64,000 nt of DNA, from contig JAKMXF010000255.1 of NCBI GenBank assembly GCA_024704765.1, positions 124,001 to 188,000 on the forward strand, in the 5' to 3' direction. The position numbers were made by a program, and so were the translations under genes. Positions 26,301 through 35,100 of this stretch are shown here, one piece after another (position 1 is the stretch's first letter; every line of letters begins with the position of its first letter). The notes beneath the pieces were generated by a model. It was not told the origin of the DNA. It ran no database searches and saw nothing but the letters and a program-made list of their open reading frames with translations. The stretch is from Oopsacas minuta. Lineage: Eukaryota > Animalia > Porifera.

Positions 26301-29300
26301 ATTAGTATATATTCTATATTTAGAACAAATACTTATATAGCTATTAATAGTACTTACTAATATGACTTATTAAGCCTCGGCTAATACTGAATACTAACCA
26401 TGGATCATAACAGATGAATCAAACTAACCTGAAGTAGAATCTTGTTCTTATCATTCTCATTACCTACCATAGCAGAGATGAGGTATGTAGGGATCTGACT
26501 CTCCTCATACACCTCTTCTTGTGATTTACTAGCTCCTGGCTTCTTAACATTAGCTAGTTCAGTTGTGAGTACTTCTGGTTCTCCAATAGCAGCTAGACAT
26601 ATAGCAGTCAGTTCTCCTTTGAAATTAGCTAGCTTTTCTACAGTCAGCTGTTTGTCAACGGTAGAATCTGCTGGAATAGTATTTGAATTTGAAACTATAG
26701 AAATTAGATATAAAGTTACTGGAATAATTACTACAGATTAAATATACCTATATCTCCTTTAGGTATCTCAGCTGCTGACTTAGCAGTTACATCAGCATTA
26801 GGACTACCAGCAGGTATCTCTATTATGTTTTCTGGTGTAGTGCTGACAGGTGTTAGTTCATCTGAATTAACAGAATCATCAGCTGACGGAGTAGTAAGGC
26901 TGACAGATTCATCTGTTGTAGTTGACTTATCAAAAGTGGTAGCTAGCTTTTGAGCAATCCCTGTTGATTTATCAGCTGCTTTTTCCTTTATATCAGCTGA
27001 TATATCTGGTGTTGTAGCTGATTTTAGAGTTGAAATAAGTGTAGAAAATACACTTGGTGTAGTCTTTTCAACTGTTTCAGTCATCTTAACAATTGGTTTA
27101 GCAGTTGGATCAGCCGAATTAGGAGTAGTATCAGCTGGTTTATGATATGAAACAACTGACATATGAGGTATGTCAGCTGGTTTAGAAGTTGCATCAGCTG
27201 ACTTAGGAGGTGTATCAACTGCTTTAGGAGTAGTATCAACTGAATTAGGAAGTGTATCAGCTGTTTTGGGAGTTGTATCGGCTGTTTTATCAGTTGCATC
27301 GGCTGTTTTATCAGTTGCATCAACTTGTTTAGCAGGTATAGTTGGCGTTTCTTGAGTTATCATAGGTTTAAGTGCTGTCAAATGATTGAGTTTGTCTGAA
27401 GATTCAGCTGACTTCTTAGGAGTTACAGCTGATTTGTCACCAGCTATCTCTGGCAGATTAGGGGGAGGAGAAGGAACGGTATTAGGAGCTGGCGTAGATT
27501 CCTCTATTGGCATTTCAGGATGAGACAGCTGTTCAGTTATTTCAACAAAAAAGTTAGACTCTAGCCATCCAATCCTGTGTTTATCCACTTTATTAGAATC
27601 GTAAAATCCTACCTGCAGCAGCCTGAGTGGAGCAAACCCGTGCTGTAGATCCCACATAGTAACGACACCATTTTGTGACCCTGTACCCCAGAAGTTAGAC
27701 TCATGTACAGAGCTCCAGCAGGATATCAGCTGAGTACTAAAATGCTGCTGAGCGTGACTAGTCGCATCAGAGATGTGTAGAGGTACATTCTCGGTAAAAC
27801 GTCCCATCACATAAGGACAACAAGTAGAGTGACGTTCATGCTCGCTCCATGGCTCATCAGTAGGTTCCCAGTACAATAGACATACTCCACATTGAAAACA
27901 GATAGCACGATCACTCCCTGTAGGTTCATAGTAAAATCCAGCACCAGCCATAGCTTCAGGAGTAGCCCACTACAAAATAGGTAATGTTATAATATAGCAT
28001 CAGAGCTGTTAATTCAATTATAAATAATATCAGCTGATTAATAAGGAATCATAGTAAGAGGAGTATTTTCCTGTATTAGAATGCCAATGCATATGCATTG
28101 TATTGTGTTGAGGGCACCTGTATAACTAATATGAATTCTAACCTTGTAGTTCTTATGCGGCCACTGAGAGAATGTTTGTAGTCGAAGAGCTTCTACATGC
28201 ATAATCTGTCTCCATTTGGAATTGAATAAAGTTACGTCAATCTTGAAATCATCAGCAAAGTCAGTGGACAATAGAGCAATTCTGTATCTCAGGACTGATA
28301 ATATAGGAATTGTACTCGTATTCTTGGTTTTCTCATTTGTTGTCAATAGCGATATCACTTCATCAAATACTGTCTTTAGATTCGTCAATGGACCTCGGAT
28401 AATGCATACCTAAATGTGAAGTCATAATTAAAGAAGTATGGAGGAATATTATGTTATTGAAACACAAATATAATGTCGAAATATATTCGTTACAATTCAG
28501 AGACAGACGTATTTCGTGAGCTCTCATAGGTTATGACCACAATATGAGAAACCCTCATTTACAGATATTTATGTACCTGCCATTTGGATGTTTTGAGGGA
28601 AGGTCCGTCTATTTTCTTAGCTCGTTGTGTATCTTTAGTCAATTGTTCAATAACCTTATCCATATCATCAGGTAGGAGATCTGGATTAGAGGTTCTCAAC
28701 TCTTGTAAGCAAGTCAATATTGTTTGTCCCCAACTCAACTCAATCTCTATCGTAACCTCATCTTTTTCTTTCTTAATAGGTGTATCCAGTATCGTGTGTA
28801 AGAGGTAAGCTCCGTTAGTGTGCTTCCTAGCTCCTACCATCTTATCTCCTACAACTACCAGTTTATCTACCTTAGGGTGTATGGTACAGTACTGGAGGCG
28901 CGAAGGTACTGTAGAAGGCGGTACTATGGTTGTAGGTGATGGTTCATCTGATGAAGGGAGGTGATGGTCGATAGGGGGAGTGGATCTTAGGAGGATACCT
29001 GTGTTGGCATCGATTATCTGTTCAATAAATGAAATAATAAGTATTGAGGTAATAGGCTTAATTTCTAACTCAGAATATTACCTACAGTTAGTAACAAATC
29101 TAATACAGTCAACACCCGTAAAATATCGAAGTAATTATAACGGTCCCTTGAGCTGGAGTTGACTGTAATGAGATTACTCATATTTACCTGTATATGTTCC
29201 TTGACAAGAGCTACAAGACAGTTGGTAGTGGGAGAATATGTGAGAGATGTAATCTCGCTCGTAAAGCGAGCAGAGTTACAAGCATCCTCGTCAAATACGA

Positions 29301-29316
29301 GACTATGATCTTCCAT
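7571..29316 (-). CDS. BIRC6: BIRC6/BRUCE/Apollon, giant BIR + UBC E2/E3 hybrid, 18 exons, about 4,788 aa
   Basis: Exons in transcript order with GT-AG boundaries and consistent phases: 29316-29188, 29017-28577, 28409-28143, 27969-26748, 26694-26468, 26244-25864, 25797-25489, 24922-24660, 23715-23439, 23233-22847, 22780-22517, 21987(or 21990)-21421, 21319-20963, 20859-20134, 18733-18413, 16734-15628, 15375-15004, 14320-7571. Sum is 14,367 nt. Contains the BIR motif, a C-terminal UBC and BIRC6-type segments throughout (e.g. EQQNRRNPLHVHQQ, HLFELTLP, KLYWEKGTGFGTGST). Confidence 0.95.
20030..20097. mobile_element. Small TA-type MITE, family B (CAGxGGATGCCGGTTATAAGAAC ends)
   Basis: TA|CAGCGGATGCCGGTTATAAGAAC...GTTCTTATAACCGTGATTAACTG; related copies at 24465-24616 and 50276-50354; lies in BIRC6 intron 14. 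Confidence 0.7.
22001..22095. mobile_element. Small MITE, family A (TA|CAGTCAACTCC end), other end degenerate
   Basis: TACAGTCAACTCCC at 21999; the internal TTCGATATAA and ATATCCGTG...ATATAACGG motifs are shared with the 63213 copy; ends GGAAATTGATTC. Confidence 0.6.
23251..23318. mobile_element. 68-bp MITE, family A, TA-flanked
   Basis: TA|CAGTCAACTCC...GGAATTGACTG|TA; 11-bp TIR with 1 mismatch; internal ATCGAAGTAATTA shared with the 29106 copy. Confidence 0.8.
24465..24616. mobile_element. MITE, family B, TA-flanked
   Basis: TA|CAGTTGATGCCG..CGGTTATAAGAAC...GTTCTTATAAC...TAACCGGCATCCAGTG|TA in BIRC6 intron 8. Confidence 0.75.
26748..27969 (-). CDS. BIRC6: BIRC6 exon 4: second half of the BIR domain plus a low-complexity T/A/D/K/P loop
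   Basis: WATPEAMAGAGFY...CFQC-X16-H-X6-C zinc ligands; the first half (EALRLQTFSQWPH) is in exon 28143-28409. Confidence 0.93.
27172..27324 (-). repeat. 21-bp coding minisatellite (about 7.3 units; 7-aa repeat of the ADxTxKx type)
   Basis: Units start at 27172, 27193, 27214, 27235, 27256, 27277, 27298 and 27319; two are identical (ATCGGCTGTTTTATCAGTTGC); protein VDATDKT ADATDKT ADTTPKT ADTLPNS VDTTPKA VDTPPKS ADATSKP. Confidence 0.9.
29106..29165. mobile_element. 60-bp MITE, family A, TA-flanked
   Basis: TA|CAGTCAAC...GTTGACTG|TA with internal ATCGAAGTAATTA; BIRC6 intron 1. Confidence 0.8.
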
Positions 29317-29848
29317 TCATAGAACAGATTTTCCTCTCTCAATGGTAAGTAAATCAAAATAAAATCTTCTAAGAAATAAAATATAAGAATATTTAGATAT
29401 TGTGGAAGAGTTGGACTATATAATTATTCTATGTAAGGAGATAGTATATTAAATATGTGTGCACAGAATAGAAAGTCCTCTCCGATTTCAATTTTCCTAT
29501 ACACAGATATAATTAGAAGCATAAGAGGTGATGTATACACTAATTGGTAGATTAGGTATAAGTTGTTATAAACTTATAATACGGAATACTTGTAACGCTG
29601 CAGGTATCAAGGATAGCTCATTGGTTTGTTACATACGTCCGCCTCCCCGTATGTTCATGGCCCACTCTCCTATGACGTAGTTTCGATCGTAATAATGATT
29701 GCAATATAGATTCAAACAATAGTAAGTTAGTTGGAAAGCGAATGAGAATGTATAAACATCAGGGCTGTCAGAAGCCATGGAAAGTGGAGCGATTCAGCAG
29801 CCCTATCATCATCAATAAAATTGAATTTCTGTAAAGATGGGATACCAA

Positions 29849-29907
29849 GAGTATTTCTATTAGAGCTATCGGCTCACCAACTTTCAATAGCTGTAATAGA
29901 AATACTC
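29849..29907. repeat. 59-nt hairpin: 21-bp stem with one mismatch, 17-nt loop
   Basis: GAGTATTTCTATTAGAGCTAT (29849-29869) pairs with ATAGCTGTAATAGAAATACTC (29887-29907). Confidence 0.9.
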
Positions 29908-29945
29908 AATTGTAGTTATTTCTTGATACAAACCCCATTCTATTA

Positions 29946-30037
29946 CAGTAAACTCCCGGTATAACCAAGTCGAATATAACCAAACTACCGTTATGATTCT
30001 TTATCCACTATAGCTTGAAAGTAACGAGAGTTCACTG
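29946..30037. mobile_element. 92-bp Tigger/pogo-like MITE, TA-flanked
   Basis: TA|CAGTAAACTC...GAGTTCACTG|TA (10-bp TIR, 1 mismatch), with internal repeated ATAACCAA. Confidence 0.75.
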
Positions 30038-30284
30038 TATTTCTCACAAATGTTCCCTTCAACAGTCCTGACAGTAAATAACAGTACGTGTAGGGAAAAC
30101 CATTTACATTATACTAGATAGATAAATAACATGAGAAACTATTCTGTTCATTCATAAATATATACTGAATAGAACCTAGCTAATGAATCTATTACCAGAT
30201 AATATATACACACAATTGTTACTAAATTAAGAATTATGACGTAATGTCTATCACACACAATCACACATACACATTATAAGATAA

Positions 30285-30749
30285 TTATAGAGTTTTCCTG
30301 TCTGTCAATACTCGCATGATACATCCAAGGCCACCGAGCTTGTAGACCTTTTCATGGAAGGATAGCAATATTGTAAAGTCTTTCTCTCCTCCTTCAGAGA
30401 ACCCCTTGTAGATGTACTTCATAAGGTTATCTTGCTGGTCAGCGTCTAGTCCTGATACAGCCTTCTCTATTTCAGCTGTTTTGAAGCGGGTTAGTACATC
30501 TAGTACTAGAGATATATTCTTAGTATTAAGGGTCTTATCCTTTGATCCAGTTGGTGGAGCCTCGAGTATGATAGGCAGAGCACCAGCATGATTCCCATTC
30601 GAAATAAGAGTCCTCACGCGTCCCTCCCGATCTGCCAGCTGGGCTGCAGCGTTGTCACCTCCTGTGTCATCATCATCTACATACTGATCTTCATCATACA
30701 TGTCAATGTCTGCATCCCTGAACTGGTCACTACGTGTTTTCTTAGACAT
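30285..30749 (-). CDS. ARPC5: Arp2/3 complex subunit 5 (p16-Arc), single exon, 154 aa
   Basis: MSKKT..QFRDADIDMYDEDQYVDD N-terminus, QQDNLMKYIYKGF and the LGCIMRVLTDRKTL C-terminus are hallmark ARPC5 segments. Confidence 0.95.
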   Translation of the reverse strand: MSKKTRSDQFRDADIDMYDEDQYVDDDDTGGDNAAAQLADREGRVRTLISNGNHAGALPIILEAPPTGSKDKTLNTKNISLVLDVLTRFKTAEIEKAVSGLDADQQDNLMKYIYKGFSEGGEKDFTILLSFHEKVYKLGGLGCIMRVLTDRKTL

Positions 30750-30925
30750 CTTTAGAATAATATATAAATAGCTATACTAATATGCTTTCAAGTAAAATAC
30801 ATAGAAATACACTGGAAAGAAGCTATACTATTGTAAACAGCCATATTATCAGAAAATAAAGGATTCCGCATTGATATGTGTAAACCAATAAAATAATACA
30901 ACAAACAGTCTATTACAAAGCTAAT

Positions 30926-31417
30926 CTATTTGACATTATGTATCTGTACTTTGAATATACACATAGGAGGGTGTGTCACTTCAGGTGTTACAATAGCAGA
31001 TATACCAAACTGGACAAATATACCCTGGATAAGGCCGCAAGTAAACTCAAGGAATAGAGGTAGGTCTCTCAAGTATTGCATAGAATCAGATACTTGTTTT
31101 ATAAGACAGAATTCGTTGTCAATAAGGTAGTAAGCTCCTTTGTTATCAGTCCTAAGTTTATCGATTTGTTTCAGGTATAAATGTGTCCAAACGTCTCTAC
31201 ACACAAACCTAACAATATCTACTTCATCTTGTGTCCTGGGTGCTTCTAAATTCAATCTCTCCTGCAGCACCTGTCCCGCACGGATCCCCATAGCTCGTAG
31301 TTTGGTACTCTGTTGTTCTGGGTCAGTGCCTGTACGTGTAACGAAGCTATATACCTCACCATGAAGGAATGCAAACAGGTCTAGTCCTATCTCACGCTCT
31401 TGTATTGCTTTAGCCAT
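30926..31417 (-). CDS. TRAPPC6B: TRAPP complex subunit 6 (Bet3 family), single exon, 163 aa
   Basis: FLHGE, LRAMGIRAGQVLQERL, DIVRFVCRDVW, KQIDKLRTDNKGAYYLIDN and FTCGLIQG match TRAPPC6A/B; the A/B paralog assignment is not meaningful here. Confidence 0.92.
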   Translation of the reverse strand: MAKAIQEREIGLDLFAFLHGEVYSFVTRTGTDPEQQSTKLRAMGIRAGQVLQERLNLEAPRTQDEVDIVRFVCRDVWTHLYLKQIDKLRTDNKGAYYLIDNEFCLIKQVSDSMQYLRDLPLFLEFTCGLIQGIFVQFGISAIVTPEVTHPPMCIFKVQIHNVK

Positions 31418-31750
31418 ACTCTAATATCTAAGTATCACACTCAACCCACATACATGTATACTCGTATTAAGTAATTATTATAAAGACAATCGAGTACAAC
31501 CGATAAGATATACAAATAAAGGACTATGATCTTATGAATTCACAAAAAACAAAGAAATTTTGTTATGGAAGTGCTAATGATTGTCTAAGTGTTTACACCG
31601 AATAATTATGCCAAAGTTTATAAATCTACTTCAAATCTATCTATGTCCAACTACTTCACAATACTCTACAGTTTTAACAGAAGAATAATGACATTCTTAT
31701 TCAGAGGATAGGGCATTACAATGCCTACATATAATCGATTAAGGCTAGAT

Positions 31751-31860
31751 CAGCGGTTCCCAATCTGGGACCAGAGGCCCCTTGGTGGTCCATGGACGAC
31801 AGCAGGGGTCCACAGAATGTGTTACAATTGGTATAGGGGGTCTACGGGTGGGAACCGCTG
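31751..31860. mobile_element. 110-bp hAT (Charlie-like) MITE with 8-bp target duplication
   Basis: TIRs CAGCGGTTCCCA / TGGGAACCGCTG; flanks GGCTAGAT (31743-50) and CGCTAGAT (31861-68), 7/8 identical, with the central CTAG typical of hAT-Charlie sites. Confidence 0.9.
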
Positions 31861-32194
31861 CGCTAGATACACAGATAAAACATCCCTTCGTAAATATTGA
31901 ATAAATTTGTAGCTTAATCTAATGGTTGAAGTGCTAGAATATGCATAATAATTCCACAAAGGTAAAATAGTGAACAATTCTAACATACAAATAATATACA
32001 AATCTAGTACATAAATATACAGCAATACATTAACCAATTGATTCCTGATCAACAGTGAAGTTAAAAACATCTTTGCAAGCGAATACCAGAGACCATTAGT
32101 ATTAATTAAAATAAAACTCCAATAATGGGATAGAGGACATTAAAAATAGGCGTGATAGAAGGCAGGGGGGTGAGGGGGAGTTAAATATAAATAA

Positions 32195-35100
32195 TCAGTC
32201 AATCATTGCTTCCATTGAATCGTGTGAACTGCTATCCTCAGCCGAGGAATCCCCTAGATCTAGTCTAGCTAGTTCTATTGTTAATGAGAACTGCTGTGTC
32301 TCTATGTCTGCTAATTGTGTGTTGAGTTGTTTCCAACGGAGAGTACTAACCGGATCTTCTTGTAGCGCTTGGTCAAATATACCTGAATCTGATTTGTTGT
32401 CATCTTGTGTGATCTGTTTTATTTTTCTAATCGTGTTTCTCCTGGCTCTGTCTAATTGCTCTAAATCATCCATTGTCTCTCGAAGCTTTTTCAAATGCTC
32501 TTCAATGATAATTTGCAAAAACACTGTTTGTAAGGGCATTACCTTAGCCAGTTCTATCAAGGGCATGTCATCCGGTGATCGCAGGAGAACCGGAGCGAAA
32601 ATAATCGCGAGGCTGTGTGGACACATTTTATTGTGCTCTTCTAGTTTGCATATTTGTGCCATATGAAACACTAGTCTCTCCAAACATTTGTAGTTCATAG
32701 GAGGCAACAGCTGTAAAATGGCTTGAATAGCACGGACTTTCTCGGTTCTCTCGCTTATTTTCGCAGCAATAATACATCTGTCATAGAGGTCAAAGGTGAG
32801 AAGAGGGTCAGGGAGTTCATTCAGGAAAGTCTTGACACCTGAGCACATCGCATGTACATCATAACTCTCCCAATCTACATTTTCCAGGTCCTCATCAATA
32901 GCAGCAATGAATCTAGTAACCTTTGATTTAGCTGAACACTTCCGATAAATTCCTTCACTCATTAAACCAGTACTTTCTATAGACTTCAAGCAGAGTTCAA
33001 ATATCGGAGGCAGTTCTGTGTGTGATTTACTAAGGCTGTTGAGAGAACGACCGAAATGTGATAACTTTTCTGTCTTTGTATCATTCTCATCTAGTGTCTC
33101 ACAACATGTCACGCAAGGTGATTTGACATGTGACAGGCATGACTTATGACAAACGTAATCACAGGCCTGACAGTATTGCCCTGATTCCACCAGTGACATG
33201 GGCTCATCACAAAACTCACAAACTGTAAGTACGTTAAAGTGTTTCTCTAGAAATGTGTGACCAAGAATTAGTTTAGGCTTTTGAATTTCCTTTCTTCTTT
33301 GTAACACTTTTATAGCTTGTGTTGGAACTGTTGAATTTGGGTCAGAATCTTCTCTACTCCTCTCAATGAGATAATCCTCTAACAAATTCATGAATACATT
33401 TCTCAACATCAGTTGTGATTTGGTGTCAGATACGATGGGAGTTAGAAGGAGAGAGAAGTCATGTAACATATTTCGAATGGTTATTGTCTGTGTCTTACTA
33501 AGCATAGCTTCTTGGCTCAACATCTGAGCCTTGAGAGAAGTACTTGCTAGCATATTAGCATGCATTCTCTCAAGTGTGAGAATATAAAAGTCATCCATTG
33601 TATCTTTCTGTCGCGGCCTCTCGCTCAGTGCATCTTTCTTGTCCAACAGGAAACTTATTAATCTCCCCATATCTGACAGATTCCGAGCTATAACTACGTC
33701 ACCAGAAGAGGAAGGACAAGTGTTAGCAAATGGCATACAATTCTCATGGAATATTTGGTTGCAGAGAGCACATCTAAATACCTTTCCCTTCAGAAATGGA
33801 GGATGCAATAGACGCATACATTTGTTACAAGGAACTTTCTGGAAAGAAGCTCCGTTATATTGCTTAGGTTCATGTCCATGTGCGTAAGACTGTAAAAGCC
33901 CTGTCTTAACTTTACCCTTGAGTCTCTTATCTTTTCGCGGTCTATCACGCTTAAACGGAGAAGATGCGAATGAGTACAGTCTGCTCTGTACAGTAGTAGT
34001 GGGGTGTAGAGGAGAATCTATACTCTTGTTACTACCTAGATGTAGACTACGAGTTAATCCCTTACTACCAGGATTCAGTGTAGATACAGTTATAGCCCGA
34101 GGTCTGAATTCAGAGAATTCACGTTTGCTATCCACCGATTGAGTAAGACTTAAACTGCTTTTGAAAGGAGATCCCTCTCTCTCTACTTTCCCTTCAAATA
34201 TCAACTCGAAGGGAGATATATCTGCTAGAGATTTAACCTTAATCAATTCAACATTTCTGTTCCTCTTGGGTACACGACCTGACGACATCACACAACTAGA
34301 TAGATTGTGTCCATCAGTATTATCATCTTGGACTACTTTAGGGAAAAAGTTATTAGCAGAGGCTAGAGGTGAACAGGGCAAGAAGTAGGGTCTTTCTATG
34401 CTCGGACTAACAACGCGGATTGCTTCACGTCTGACTACTGGCTTAGCTCGGCTCCTTTTAACTTTAATATGATTGTAGTTAGTTGGTAAAGGAGACGTGA
34501 GTTTCTCTTGAAACATTTCAGCATTGAATCTAGAATTGTTAGAAAGATGAAGAGATGAGTTCTGTTTGAATATGGTCTCTCTCTCTAACGGCATGTTGTT
34601 CAAATAGTTGCAATGAGACTTTATAAGTTTCGTGAATATATCCTTTGGAGGTGTACGTGGGGGAGGATTGGGAGTGAAAGATGTTGAATTGAAGTCATAG
34701 GATTTTGAATATGAGACAGCATATTTTTGTACAGCAGGATTTATGATATTATGATCACTCGATTCAAGGAAGCTATATCGTGATAGAGTTTGGCTAGTCC
34801 GGTTTGGTAGATTCATTGGATGTTTATCTAACTCTAGTCCTTGAATCATTTCATTAACAGACCCAGGACGAACCTTATCAATCTCCACACTACTGCTTCT
34901 TGCCTTCATATGACGCGGACTAAGAACATTGTCTTCATATTTCCGTTTGACTTTAGATAGATCGTATTTATTCGAGTCATTATCTCTACTTTCATATATT
35001 TTGTATTGGGTACTGTGTACAGCCTGGAGGTAGGATTTCCTAAAGTTGTTACTATCAGGATTAGACATTGTGATAGTTGCACTAGTTTTAGGATTTATAT

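Noticed and set aside
29760-29805. AGGGCTG...CAGCCCT as a possible tiny hAT element
   Set aside because: Only a 7-bp inverted repeat and no target duplication.
32161-32180. G-rich run GGCAGGGGGGTGAGGGGGAG just past the MYO9 stop as a G-quadruplex
   Set aside because: Only two long G tracts, and it is on the non-coding strand.
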